A stretch of 64,000 nucleotides of DNA from the human T2T-CHM13v2.0 reference genome, Homo sapiens. The number at the start of each line of letters is the position of its first letter. The stretch's first letter is position 1. Shown here one piece after another: positions 32,843 through 57,706 of the stretch. The translations under genes were made by a program, and so were the position numbers. Below the pieces are notes generated by a model. It was not told the origin of the DNA. It saw nothing but the letters and a program-made list of their open reading frames with translations, and made no database searches. The stretch lies in NCBI RefSeq assembly GCF_009914755.1, contig NC_060933.1. One strand, given 5' to 3'.

Positions 32843-33058
32843 TTCAGGTGATAACACTCTACCATTTTTAAGTTTTTCATCCACATTGTGTCTGCGTTTC
32901 TGGAGCTGATCCTTTTCTTTCTGGAGGACTTCAACTTGTTCTGAAATCTTTGTTTTCTCCTCAGCTGTACTGGTCTGGAGCTGCACATTCTTTTCAGACA
33001 ACTCTTGTTCCAGTAAGTTCAGGCGAGTTGATATTTTCAAACTATCTGTGTTTAAGGC
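32843..33058 (-). CDS. KIF27: KIF27 coding exon (216 nt; ALNTDSLKISTRLNLLEQEL...GRVLSPE)
   Basis: Acceptor tcttttag|GCC and donor GAA|gtaagt. Matches ORF 32789..33040. Confidence 0.95.
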
Positions 33059-33224
33059 CTAAAAGATACAACCCACCAGCCACCTCAAAAACAGTTACTA
33101 GAAATCTAGACTGCATAAAAATTAGGAAAAACATAGAGAAAATTGCTAAATGAATATATTTTTAGTTTTTATATTATTGTTTTCTCCCATGGATTTTTTT
33201 GAGGGAGGGGGTATTCATTTTCTT

Positions 33225-33520
<296 letters not shown>

Positions 33521-34867
33521 GGGTGTTCATTTTCTAAAATCTTAAGTTGAATGCCTTTTAAAAAAAAAAAGTCTATTTAAACTCTGAGTTTACTGCCAAG
33601 AATTGCCTTGACTAGGTTTTCAGAGGCAGTATTTTTCTTTTTCCTTATTTTCTAAATTGAACTTTTCTTTCTTGGCTTACATTCTACATTGTAGAATTAT
33701 GTTACAATTTACTAGGGGTTGAGATGTGGTGTGTTTAAACATATGATTGGTTGGCTTAAACATATAATTTGTTTTTACTTGTATTTCATTCTGATCAGAA
33801 AATATGGTCAGATTTATGGAGATGTTCACTATGGTCAAATATCAGGTAATTTGTAAATTACTGTTCACAGTAATTATTTGTATATACTACCATAAGGTTT
33901 ATTATAGAGACACATACTATCATAAGGTTTATAACTTTAAAAAAGCATTCCCCTCCCCCAAGCTTTTAATTGAATCCTACTCCAAGACGGCCACCTTCAA
34001 CCTTTTCAGTTGGTTCTTCTGGTGTTTATGTCCATGTTTCTAAATGGCATTATCAATTTTAGACATTGTCTACTGACTATGTATTATGGGAGATAAGGAT
34101 TTAGCACTCTTGTACCTACTCTACTTCCCAACCTCCTCCATTCTCCCAATATAAGTTACATTACAGTTTTTAGTTAAATCAATATTCATTTTCATTATTA
34201 TAACTTTGTTATTCATAGGTGAACTATCTAGTGTGAAATGATCATGCTTCTGTTTTGATACAACTTTTTATTGCACCTTATAGCTAATTCTTCTCCAACA
34301 GAACTATAAAATTCCTCAACACTTTTTCATTTATCAAACTTATCAGGAAATCTTTTCAATCTATTCTTTTCTGGAAACATTTTGCCTGGAGCATCCATCC
34401 TCCTGCTCCACACTGGACCAGTTGTCCTGGGTCTTCCCTTTGGTATTTCCTGAGAATTTCCATGTTGGAGCACATTTTCAGAATCCTGAGTCTTCCTTTT
34501 TCATAGTTTGTGCCCTTATTTTTGTGGAGCACATTCTCTAGTAGTTTCCCTGGATAGGCTTGATGGGAGATTTTTTTTTTTTTTACCTGAAAATGCTTAT
34601 TCTAGCTTCACATTTGATTGTTTGGCTAAGAAGAAAATTATTTATTAGACTTAATTTTCCTCACGAGTTTAAAGATTGCTTCAGATCTTAAACTTCTAAT
34701 GAGGAAAGCTGAGAAGTCCAATGCCATTCTGATTCTTGCAACTTACAAGTAGTCTTTTTTGTCTAGACGCTTTCAGGACCTTCTTTTTTCCTCAGTCAGT
34801 GTATCCAAACCTTCACAGTGATATCTTTTGGGTACTCATTTTGCTGGCCCCTTGATGGGCTATTTCT

Positions 34868-38769
<3,902 letters not shown>

Positions 38770-38992
38770 GGCCTAGAGCCTCACATTACTGGTGTTGAGA
38801 AAATTTTTTATATGATGTCTTTGATACTCTCCTCTTTTCTGTTTTCTCTGTTGTATCTTTCTGGAATTCCCATTACTTGGATCTTGGGCTTTCTGGATTT
38901 ATCTGCCAATTAAAAATGTTTTGCTCCTACTTTCTATTAACTTATATTTTTACTTACTTTTTGGAATATTTCCTCAACTTTATCCTCTGACC

Positions 38993-39299
<307 letters not shown>

Positions 39300-40189
39300 T
39301 AATTTCCAAGAGCTCTTTCATGTTTTTAATAACTTGTAGTTATTTATAGATAGTCATCTTTTACCACATTGAGGATATTAAGATTTCTGTGAAGTTTTTT
39401 TCAGCTTCTTGCTCTATCTCTAATGTCTCTGAGTTTATTTTTTCCTTTTGTTTTGTTTTCTGTCTTTAATAGTGGCATTCCTGAAATGTCCATCATATTT
39501 CAGAGTCAGGTATCGAAAAGCAGATAAGATTTGTGGTAACAGCATATACGTGGGCCACTTATTTAAGTGGGGGCTTCCAAATTTAAGAGTTTTCATATCT
39601 TTTTAGATGTTTCAGAAAATATGCCAATCTCCGGCTAGGAAGTATAAATCTGGCTGCCAGCATTCTTAGATCCAAGTAGAGATTAGGAAATAGATGTTTC
39701 ACGATTCATATGCAGACTTGCATTCATTCCCTACCTGGAGTTTTTTTGACTTATCACAACCTTTGCTGTGCCTGGTTCAATCTTCAGAAAATAAATCGGT
39801 CCCAGAGTAAGAAAAAATAGTTTCATGACTATGCCCTGTTTTCATCTTTATGCTACTCCTGCCTTCTGAAAATCTTGGTCCCTTCATTTCTGAGTCTTTT
39901 TGATGTTCTATGTGAATTTTATCTCTCTAAAACTGTTATTTTTAAAAAAGGAAAACATCTAAAGCATTCCTAAAATGCCCATCACATTTCAGAGTCAGGT
40001 ATTAAAAAGCTGGTAAGATGTGTGGTGATAGCATATATGTAGGGTCTTGGCCTGGCTCTCATTTGTGTCTCTCTAGGTACTTGGAATGCAGCATCTTCTG
40101 TTCTGCTAAGTTAATAAGCTCTCATCTATTTGCTTTCCATCTTTTCTTTTTTTGTAATCTTTTGTCCTCTGTTATCTCCTCTACTGTCT

Positions 40190-41315
<1,126 letters not shown>

Positions 41316-41370
41316 TGGGGAGTAGGGAGTGGTTTACAACCAGAATCAAGTAGTGTATTAAACAGAATAC

Positions 41371-41547
41371 CTGACTAGATCTCAATTTCTTATTTTCCAG
41401 GTGACTCTTCTCCTGTAACAGAGCCTCCTTCTTAGAAACTATGGCCTCCCGTTTCTTTAAGTCTGCTTCCAGCTCCTCTAATTCTTGGCGTTGGTTCAGA
41501 ACTTTCTCTACTTCTTCATCTAACCATTTCTTTTGCTCATCCAATTT
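41371..41547 (-). CDS. KIF27: KIF27 coding exon (177 nt; [17 protein letters not shown]...KKLRSSQ)
   Basis: Acceptor taatgtag|AAA and donor CAG|gtattc. Matches ORF 41287..41544. Confidence 0.95.
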
Positions 41548-43226
41548 CTACATTAAAATTAAAAAAAAAGTTACTTGTTTTTCCTTCTGCCATAAAAATT
41601 ATATGGTAATAATAGAATTTCAGATTGGCTGAAATCTCTTAAATGAACATTTAAAAACTATCACTCAGAGTAACTCAGGTAGCCGTCTGAGATCCTAAAG
41701 ACATCAGTGGTTCTAGTCAAGATGTAGCTATGTTGTTTTATAAAGAATTAAAATTTACTCCCCAGATATGTTAAACAGTCTAGGATTTTTTAGCCTGACG
41801 AAGAAAGGGCTGATAATTTTCTATGCCTATATTAAGAACATGCTGGAATCTTTTACTCTGTTGTAGTGGTGCACAGTTCCATCACAGCACTTACACTGGT
41901 GGCTGCCCTACGTATCTATCTCCCCAGCTTGAGCTCCTTGATTGATTGCAGGGGCTGTAGTTTTTACCCGTCTATCCACATGGCTGGTATATTGCCTGGG
42001 CCACAGTAGGCATTCAATAAAATGTTAAATGAATGAGTGAATGAATGCCTGATTCAGTCAGTCAATGAAGTGAATAAATGAATACACACAGTGGAAGACA
42101 CAGATGATGGAGGATGGAAGGAAAGCCAATTTGCATTGTAGCTTGTCAACCTCAAATAATTATTTTTAAAAAAGAAAAAAAACAAAAATAAAAAATTGCT
42201 GAAAAGATCTCCAAAACAAACATCTGAGTACTCTCTTGAATTAAGGATATGCGGAAACAAATACAAACATAAATATAGATGGAATATGACTGTTTAAAAG
42301 GAACTCTACCAAGTGGACATGGTAATGAAGCACTGCCACCAAAACAACAAATAAATAGGAAAAGAAATCCATATAGTATTATTTCCTAGTCCTTCATGAA
42401 CCTTATAGAAAGGGTTTCTGGAAATCTATCATACAATGAGACAGTGAATATATATGAGAAAAAGAGAGCAAAATGGCCAAGACAAAGAAGATGCATAGCT
42501 ATTCGGTCTTCCAATAATACCAATATATTAATAGTATAATCTTATAAGCACTATCATGTCCAGATAACACTGGAGCCTAAAATATTATAGTAGCTCTACA
42601 ATTATTAGGAAGAGAAAGAGCAACTATAAAAATGTTAATTTTGTCATATCCTTAAATACTCCGGTAGGAGATCCTAGGAAGTCTAGCAAGTAACTTAAAT
42701 ATATTCTACAAACATTCTTAAACTGTGAGTGGGGTTTGAAAGATGAATAAGAGATTCTTTTTAAGCTCCACTTAAAAGGAAAAAACCTAAAAAATTACAA
42801 CTGGTGATGACATTTCTGGGTGGAATGGGTGTGTATGGGAATGTACCCATGTCACTATTAAATGTCACTAAGAAAATGTAATGTAAAATTTATGAAGAGA
42901 GAATAAATCTTTCTAAAGTAAGGTAGAGATAATTGCATTCTAGGTATTTTAAATACAGTATTTTTTGCTTACATAAAATTTAAAATTTCAATTTCTTTGA
43001 ACTTCAAAATTAGTTTGTGGATTATGACTTTCTTTTTAAAAGGTGGCACTAAAATAATGGCTTTTTAATATATAAAGTACATATACAATTTGGTTTTCTT
43101 TGAATGTAGAGTTCTGATTTTTAGAAATATACTTGTCTTCAGCTGGGCGCGGTGGCTCACACCTGTAATCCCAGCACTTTGGGAGGCCGAGGCGGGCAGA
43201 TCATGAAATCGAAACCATCCTGGCTA

Positions 43227-43490
<264 letters not shown>

Positions 43491-43617
43491 CTACAACATT
43501 CAAATCAACTCATTTCTACCAAAATAAGAATATATTGATTCTGCTGAGAGCAAGAAAAAACAAAAAATACAGCACATTTCTGGATGAGAACATAATTTTG
43601 TAATAATAAAAGTTTCA

Positions 43618-43725
43618 CTACTTGGGCAACAGGATTATTAGAAGCCCAAATCTTAGCATCACACAATATACCCATGTAACAAACCTGCATGTGTATCCCT
43701 GAATCTAAAATTTAAGAAAAGAAAA
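43618..43725 (+). mobile_element. Tiny L1PB/old L1PA 3' end with TSD
   Basis: cacaatatacccatgtaacaaacctgcatgtgtatccctgaatctaaaa, flanked by aataa(t)aa(a)agtttca on both sides. Confidence 0.7.
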
Positions 43726-43778
43726 ATAATAAAGTTTCAAAACAAATACTAGAAATTTTGCATTTGGGCGGCATCTAG

Positions 43779-44166
<388 letters not shown>

Positions 44167-44205
44167 TGAAGAGAAACCAGGAAACACTAAATAGAATTGA
44201 CAAAC

Positions 44206-44319
44206 CTGGAGATGGTCTATACTTCCAAACGAACCTTTTCTCCTTTTCAAGTTACATGCATCAAGGTCCTCAGCTTTCGGTTTTAGACCTTCTTCCTGTC
44301 CTGTTTTTAATTGTATTTC
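44206..44319 (-). CDS. KIF27: KIF27 coding exon (114 nt, symmetric; EIQLKTGQEEGLKPKAEDLDACNLKRRKGSFGSIDHLQ)
   Basis: Acceptor tttctatag|GAA and donor CAG|gtttgt. Open frame. Confidence 0.92.
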
Positions 44320-44604
44320 CTATAGAAAAAGAAATTGAAAACACCTTATTGCTTTTACACCTGACCATTAAGTATGCTGATGACAATTATTTTCTTTTTT
44401 TTTTTTTTTTTTTTGGAGACAAGCTCTCGCTCTGTCACCCAGGCTGGAGTGCAGTGGCACAATCACAGCCTCAAACTCCTGGGCTCAAGCCATCCAGCCA
44501 CATTTTCTTAACATTTACTTCCTTAGTCACAGAAAGAGAAAATGAGTAGATGACAGTTGGGGCTCTATTTGAGAAGAAAATAATGTGTGGATTTTTTTGT
44601 TTAA

Positions 44605-44784
<180 letters not shown>

Positions 44785-45542
44785 TAGAGATGGGGTCTTG
44801 TTACATTGCCCAGGCCAGTCTCTAGTGATCTTCCTGGCCTCCAGTGATCCTCCAGCCTCAACTTCCTAAAGTTCTGGGATTATAGGCATAAGTCACCATG
44901 CTCAGCCTTAATTTTTAATTGACAAATAATAATTGTACATTTTCGTGAGGTACACAGTGATTATTTCAATACATATAACGTATAGTGATCAGACCAGGAT
45001 AATTAGCATATCTAAGAAGAAAGGAATGTTAGCTCTTACTGAGGCAATACAACTGCAAAAATTAGGATTTACTAACAAAACTGAGCATTTTTTTCATTCT
45101 TCGTGAGTGTTACACATTAGTGTAACAAGGATAAGAGTCTGAAATTTATAAGTGGGTTATTCTCTTCTGCCTTTCTGAGCTTATTACTTTCATAGTTACT
45201 CCACCCAAGACATCCATCTGCTGTGAGTATATTAAAATTTATTATGTAGAAATGCAAAAAGAAAAGTAATGTTCAATTTCTAGTGTTCAAAAATGGGAGT
45301 TTGCAATATGAGAATAGACTTGGAAGACAGATCATGGTCTTATGAAGTGCATTTTCCAAATTAGTTTCCATCCACATCTTTTTTTTTTTTTTCTAGACAA
45401 AGTCTCACTCTGTCACCCAGGCTGGATGCAATGGCATAATCTTGGCCCACTGCAACCTCCGCCTCCCAGGTTTCAAGTAATTCTCATGCCTCAGCCTCCT
45501 GAGTAGCTGGTATTATAGGCATGTGCCACCACACCTGGCTAA

Positions 45543-45701
<159 letters not shown>

Positions 45702-47474
45702 TAAGGGTCAAGTCAAGAGGTGCGATGTTGGCCAGGAGTGGTGGCTCATGCCTGTAATCCAGCACTTTGGGAGGCTGAGGCAGGCTGATCACCTGAGGTC
45801 AGGAGTTCAAGACCAGTCTGGCCAACATGGGGAAACCCCGTCTCTACTAAAAATACAAAAATTAGCCGGGCGTGTGCCTGTATTCCCAGCTACTCAGGAG
45901 GCTGAGGCACGAGAATCGCTTGAACTTGAGAGGCAGAGTACGGTGAGCTGAGATCGCGCCACTGCACTCTAGCCTAGGTGACAGAGTGAGACTCCGTCTC
46001 AAAACAAAACAAAACAAAACAAAAGGCGCAATGTTCATGGTGCCTTCTAGGGGTTTAGAAATGATGTTGTCCATCACTAAAGCTTAGCAGGACAGGAAGG
46101 AGGCCATGAGTCAAAGCTGGACAGTTCACATACTCTCTGTTACTGGTCTGTGATGGATAAGTACACAATTGAAAGTGCTGAGATACTTTTATAGCAATTT
46201 GACAGAATAATTTTATGTCTGATGACTCTAACAATTTTTAAAATGGACTTTTATTTGTATATTTTAAATTTCACTTTTCTACTAATTCATGTTTTATAAA
46301 AGTGTTAGGCTGTGACAAATTTATAACAAAATAAAAATTATACCTTCTCCACAAGTAATTTCAGAAGCACTGATAGGAAGTAAAAGAAAAGCCTAGTGCT
46401 CTCCAGCCCTGGGAATGGCAGAAAGGAGAAAAGAGACAGTAAGGAAGACTTGTTTCCCAATTGTCCTCTGTCTGAGTTTTGGTCCAGAAAGGGGGATGAT
46501 AAGTAAAGGTATCAATGGGGAGAGACGGGCTCCTAAACTATTCAGGAGAGAAAATGCAGACTGCAGTGCAGAAGCCCCACACCCATATACAATTGCCCAG
46601 CCTTGCTGAAAAAGCAGAGAGGTACGATTAGGAAAGAGACCCCAGTTGGACTCCTTGGTCTCAAGTGGCTTGGATCCTGAGTTGAGAGCTAATGTAGGTA
46701 GTCACTGTGGGGAACTGGCTCCCAAACTAGGTATAAGGACAGGCCACTGGGCTAGCAAGCTAGACAGAATGCCTAGTAGCCTCAGTAGGGGCTTATAATG
46801 CTAGTGGGAGATGAGATGAAGGGAAAGCACCCCCATGCTCTAAACCAGAAGCAAGATCAAACTGCGAGTTATACCAGCCAGGGGTTTCATCATCAGGGGC
46901 CAGCAGATTAGGCAGGGTAAGGTGGACAAGGGAGCACAATTTCCAGCTGGTCACAATCCTCAACTCCAAGGCATAGGATAAAAGAAGGCTATACACCCAA
47001 CTACAACATACACTGGCTGTCATCTTAGGGAGAGAAGCATAGGGAAGAGGAGGCTAAGAGACTGAGCCTTCTTATTCAAAAGACCTGAGAAGTATTTAAA
47101 GGAAGTGTTTAGATTTTTAGAACAAGGTTTGAACAGAGAGAACATTTGATTAGTTTCCACCATATTTCCAGCAATAATCATGACATGGATATAAGAGAAG
47201 TGCACTCACAAAGAAGACAGGTGCTATAGACTAAATAAAGAAAAATGTTACACCCATCTGAGTTATGAGTGAATTTGGACTCTATTATGTTTACCACCCA
47301 TAGTTCTTGATGCTTCCCTAGTTCTAGTTCATAGCTATAATTTAGCCCCTGTGATAGCCCTAGACATTTCAGGATGATGAAATAAAGCTACCTTAAATAA
47401 AGAGACCTTATACTTGGAGTTGACTCTCTACGTAGTATTTCTGTTTGTCCACATACACTTTAAAAGTATACTGC

Positions 47475-48640
<1,166 letters not shown>

Positions 48641-48899
48641 GTGCACTAGATAAGAAGGTAAAAGTTTGAGTTACAAGCAGAGTTGCATTTCAGCAGACTT
48701 CTACTCTTTGAAGAAGACAGTGTCTTCTTTTCCCTAAGCATGGATTTAGAGAGTGCTATGTCTTGCTGGTTTAAGCCATGGCCTATGAGAGATGAGGAGT
48801 TAAAACCCAAAGACCACAACACTGAACAGCCTGGCCTGATCTTCACATTGGAAAAAGAGCTAAAACAAAACAGACTAAGTTGTTGGCAGAAGAAATGAA

Positions 48900-49690
48900 A
48901 ATTGGACAGATTCATGGTGTTTTAAAGATATACTCTGAAGGCTTTAATGGTTCATTGGATATGCATAAGAAAGACGCAAGAGCCAATGATGATGCCTAAA
49001 TTTCTAGCACACCCAACTGATATATCATGTAAGGCACATTGGAGAACTACATTTTTCCCCCATGAAGAGAGCAGGGAGTGGGGAATCATGGAAAGGTAAG
49101 TAAGGAAGATCATTAATTCATCTATAAGACAACCTAGGGAAGAGGTTGGAGCTCAAAGAACAGACTTGGGATTAAGCATTAAATTTGGAAATTTTCAGTT
49201 TAATTGTAGCCATGGAAAAGTATCCTATACTCACCTAGGATGGAGTATAGAAGAGGGCAGAGACCAGAGCCATGAGGAACTCCCATATTTAAAAGGACCG
49301 GTGGAGTAGGATGAGCTAGCCAAGACAGAGAACAAGCAATCAGGAAGAGAGGAAAAAACAAGGAAGGTATAACGTCACAAAAGCAAGGGGAAAACACTTC
49401 AAGACGGAGGGAGTGCTGAACTGTGCTGGATGCACAGTATTAAGATAAGGACTTTAGTGACAGAGAGAGCACTAGTGAACTTCTCAAGAGCTGTGAAGTG
49501 GGTGATAGAGCCAGAAGCCAGCTGGAGAGGATAAGAGAATGAATGAAAGTAGAAGTAACAGAAACAAATGCAGTCAACTTTTCCAATAAGTTTGGTTACA
49601 AAGGGGAGGTAAGAAAGGGATGGGAAAAAGGTTGAAGGAGGATAATTTTAGGATGAAAAAAACTAAGATATTTAAAGACAAATCCAGAAG
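48900..49690 (-). mobile_element. Degraded L2 fragment
   Basis: Purine-rich L2-like text (agagggcagagaccagagccatgaggaactcccatattta). ORF 49200..49397 has an RT-like GVPHGSGLCPLLY. Confidence 0.6.
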
Positions 49691-49984
49691 AAAAAAAAAG
49701 TTGAAAATAAGAAAAAAGGATAAAAGATGACACGTACATGCTTAGCAAAGTATTGCCTGAATATAAATCTCAATAAATGTTAACTATTGCTATAATTATT
49801 ATTACCATTATTATGAATATCATTATTATTATTACCAGTTCTTTTAAATATGGGAGTTCCTCATGGCTCTGATTTTTGCCCTCTTAACTTCTATACTCCA
49901 TCCCAGGTGAGTATAGAATACTTTTCCATAGCTGCAATTAAACTCATACTCTTCACTGGGTTATCTTATAGTGTCAAGGAAATT

Positions 49985-52930
<2,946 letters not shown>

Positions 52931-53984
52931 CTTAAAAATTAATAATAAATAATGAGTAACTTGGTTTAAATGCTCTTTAAGTTCCCTTCCATTGCTGAAT
53001 TCTGTGATTTTTTTTTTTAAGGTCGGAAAATAGGTTATATCCATTGTTGAAAATCTAGGAAATCTGGGGCATACTGATAACAGGAGAGGCTAAACATGTG
53101 CAGGGACAGGGAGTATATGGCATATCTCTGCACCTTCCTTTCAATTTTGCTGTGAACCTAAAACGGCTCTAAAAAAATAAAATCTTAATTTTTAAAATAT
53201 CTAGGAAATCTCCAATTATGTCCCATGCCTTGGGTTCAGCTTAACATTTCAACGGAACAGAGCCTGGCACATAGTACTAGATAAGTGTCTGTTATTATGA
53301 TCATCATCATCTTTTTCAAAAAAGCCCTGTGGGACAAGTAGGATTAAGGCCATTTTAGATGAGAATAAACAGACTCAGAGAGGGTAAAATTTTTGAGAAA
53401 TTTGAGAAAATTTATTTTCTCAATAAATCTCTCAGCCAGCAACTGAGTGAGCTAGGATTTGAACCTATGATAGCCTGGTCAAAGAGCCTAGGCTGACACC
53501 ACTAAGTTCTTCCCCAGCCCAATCTATTCTAGAACTGCTGTGCATACAGGTCTGATCATTTTTCTGCTCACTGTGAATGAAATGGTACCACTTTACCTGG
53601 TACTTTTTCTGTGTAGCCACATGGACAACGCATGTCAAAGCACTTTGAAAACAGAAAATCCTATTCAAATGATAGGTATTATTTAGAAAGTTGGCTTTAT
53701 AAATGTATGTTTTTGACAGCTTCAATTAAAGTTAGGATCCTACTAAGAGAAATTATCATTGTACCTTCTTTTGTGAAGTCAAAGCCTTCAAGACAGTACT
53801 CAAAATTCAATAAGTAGGTTTTACTACGTAGATGAACAAAGCTTTAAAGTGAATAAGGACAGCAGTGAAGGGCAGGTCAAGGATAGATACTTCACAAGCC
53901 AACTGAATGAAGACCATGGATTCGTTAGCTCTGAGCCGTTTAACATTTCATATTATACTTAGCAGGAATGTATGACAATATTAC

Positions 53985-54182
53985 TTTGATTTTTTGCTGG
54001 TCCCGCTTAATTACTGCATCCAGTTGCTTCCTTTTTTCATTTTCTTCTCGTAGTTTTCTTTGTAGCTGTATCTTTTGATATTTCATGTGATCTACACTCT
54101 GCTCTAGCTCATTAGCACGTTTCTCATTTTGGATTGACAGTGATGCCAGTTTCTTACTATCTTGTTGCTTCTTCTGCAAGAC
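53985..54182 (-). CDS. KIF27: KIF27 coding exon (198 nt, symmetric; VLQKKQQDSKKLASL...RDQQKIK)
   Basis: Acceptor atctcag|GTC and donor AAA|gtaata. Matches ORF 53940..54179. Confidence 0.94.
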
Positions 54183-55164
54183 CTGAGATCATATGGAATA
54201 TTTCAAAATGAAAAACTGAATCTCTCACAATCCTCAACTAAACTTAATCTTTTCATTTGATGGTAAAAGAAGAAATTTTCCCTAGATTTTCATTTATTTT
54301 TGACAGGTTTACAAACAATTGCTTACTATCATACATTTCCATTTTTGCAATTAGGGAAACCATCATAATTTGCATCACATATGTAAAAGTATAAAGAATC
54401 ATGAGACTTCCTGATGTGGACAACAAACAAATGAAACAGATGATTTGCTTTTCATTAATAAGTATTTTAATTTAAAAAATAGTTAAAACAGTATAAAACT
54501 GAATTTATATTTTAAGAGTCACTCTTATCATATACCCCTAATCTACCTGTCCTGCTTCCCAACACAAAATTATCAATTTCTTAAATATTCTTCCAGAAAA
54601 AAATGTATGCAATGCATATGCATGCAAATAGCTGCATATGTATTCTATATAGACTACTGTCTCCCTTTTTTCCTACTTATCTCAGAGGTCTTTTCATATA
54701 GATTTGTTCCAGGTGGCTGCACAGCATTCTACTGTGCTCTTGTTTTTATAGCTACAGCTATAGCCTAAATCGTTAATCCCTGAGTTAGGATGATCAGAGC
54801 TGATAACATCTTCCCTGAGAGTGACCAACCATTATAATTACTATTTTAACATTTATCTTAAATTCCTTCTCATCTAACTAAAATTACGTACAGATAGCAT
54901 TAGACTTTCAAAGTGTTCACACCACTAATATAAAATACTTGTGTTACAATTTAGTCCTGACCAAACAAACATGTATTAAACTTGTATAATGTGATTAGCA
55001 TTGCACTAAATACCAATTAGGTGGCATAAAAAAGGTAAAGGGATGTCATTCATAAATTATGCAGACCACAATTAATTATTTCCTTTATTTTGGCAATAAA
55101 GTGTTAGCATAGGCAAGTTTTGTTTTAATTAAACTAAGTATCCAAGAGGCACTGCTGCTTAGAG

Positions 55165-55363
55165 CAGTGCTACTCAAAATGTGATCTGTGGACCAGTGCT
55201 AGTTCACAGACATTGTTGTCAATTTGCACTCCTCAGCATACTGTTAGATTCGGTTGACGTTTTCATGTGAGACTTTTTTGATCAAGGAAGCTGTGCAATG
55301 ACTGACCTTTATCTCATCACAGAACAAGAACAATCGGCAGATGGACTACTTTGGGTACCACTG
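55165..55363. mobile_element. hAT-Charlie-type MITE; a related copy lies at ~61265-61440
   Basis: Terminal cagtgctactcaaa ... tttgggtaccactg inverted ends. Internal motif shared with the 61.3-kb copy. Confidence 0.55.
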
Positions 55364-55768
55364 GCTTGGAGGCCACAGGCCTTTGCCATTTCCAGTACCT
55401 AAATTTGGACACTGGCTTTGCCACTTACAATTGACAGTAATTACAATACTGCAGCAAAAATTATAATACCAGCATTTTAGTGTCTTTTTCACATAATATT
55501 AAAAATATCAGTGTACATCCTGAAAGTCTTACTTAAGAGTGAGATACTGTTGCCATTGTCTTTTGCACTTATTTCATAGTTGCTCAAAAGTGCATCTGTC
55601 AGCATTAAACTATTAATGCAGCATGTAACGCTCTACATATACCTAAAGACATTAAAAATATAGGTTTTAGAAGTTTTTAATTTAAAAATGTTTTGTTTTA
55701 AAAATTGAAATAACTGTTTTATACCAATAATAATACTAGTATTTCAATATTTTAAAACAGCATGATAT

Positions 55769-56058
<290 letters not shown>

Positions 56059-57500
56059 GTATGATATGTTAGAGAACTGAAAACCGGTATTGTCATCACC
56101 ACTATGGGACTCTGACTGAGTTATTTTACCTTTCTAAACCTTTCTTTCCACATTTGTAAAATGGCTAAAAATGCCCACTTCAAAGGATTAAATAATGCGT
56201 ATAAACCATTTGGTATGTATAGGCCCTCAAATGGTAACTACTGTCCTCCTCATCCTCCTTATCATCCTTATCCCCATGAGTAGTGCATGGATATGTCAAA
56301 GGTACAAAATTTCTAAAACTATGTCTTCTTTCTGTCCTCTGCTGTATCAGATGTTTCTTTTGAGGTAAAGTTCTACACCTTTCATTTTCTTTCCTTATCA
56401 GTACTCTTAGCAGAAAAGGATATACAGCAGGAAGCAAAGCATGGAAAGGTGAATTCCAAAGTGGAAATAACTATGCTGAAGGAAAATGGAAGGTGTGACA
56501 TAGATAACCACCCTATGTCCTCCTTTAAGCAGTTCAAATATTCAAGTCATATTATTTTAACTTGATGTTGACTTGAGAAACTATTTAGGTAACAATTTTT
56601 AGTGGAAATATCCAGATGTTTGAGGTGGCATCAGAAACCCCAGGAGGGACTTTTCAGGCCTGTCACACCAGAATATACTGGTATATTACAATATACCGGG
56701 CACACCAGAGGTATATTGTAAACATCTATTTTGTTTAAAGCAAATAACTGTGGCATAGTTCAATAATAATAATAATAATAATGCTGTGAATAGGTTAATT
56801 ACAACTCTACCTAAAATGGAAAAATATAAAAATGTTTCTATAACATGAAAGAAAGCAGTAGACCATGAGAGATAAAGAAATAGAGGACACATCCTAGAAA
56901 GTTCATTATGATCAGACTAACAAAGCACTGTGACTATCTCCAAAGCACCTGGAAATGGCTTCATCACACAAAATCTCCATGTGATGGAATATTTCTCATA
57001 GAATAGAATTTTTAACTGTAGCTATTTCTAAAGTTAAAGCTAAAACCAGGCATTAGGAAGTTAAGGATGAGTTGCAGTACACAAAGTTATTAACCTTTCT
57101 TAAGCCAATCAGTTATGGTTTGGGAAAACCATATCTCGAAATAGTTCCCATTTGTTGAGTGTCTACAAAGTGTCATATATGTACCAGCTGTTTTATTTGT
57201 ATTATTTAATCATTATTTAATCCTTTGTCCTTCAGAAATAAACACTGTTTCGTGGTTACGTTTATTTCTTACCATGTGGTTTTTTGATATGATGATTGAA
57301 AGAAGATACTTCTTGAATTAAGAAATATACTACCCAGATTGTAAAATATGTAAATCGACCAGCACACTACAAAAGAAAAGTTGATACCCAGTTTCTCTTG
57401 CTGGTATAAACTGAATCCCACTTCTTTCCTAACTCAGTACAAGAATCCTCAGAAGCAAGAAAGCTTAAATAAGTTTTCTCAATTACATTTTTTAAATTAC

Positions 57501-57706
57501 CTGAACTCTCAGCTTTGCAGCATCCATCTTTTTACGAAACTCTTTCTGTAATTTTACCTTCATTGCAACATCAGAAAGATCTTTGTTTTCCAGCTCCTGT
57601 AGCTGCTTTTGTGTTTCAATCAGTTCGACTTTTGCCTGTTCTGCATCATGCTCTAGCTTTGTTACTTTCAAAGAATACTGCTTGCTTACAGACTTGGCAT
57701 CATTAC
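57501..57706 (-). CDS. KIF27: KIF27 coding exon (206 nt; GNDAKSVSKQYSLKVTKLEHDAEQ...AAKLRVQ)
   Basis: Acceptor ggttaag|GT and donor CAG|gtaatt. Phase 1 to 0, open frame. Confidence 0.92.
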
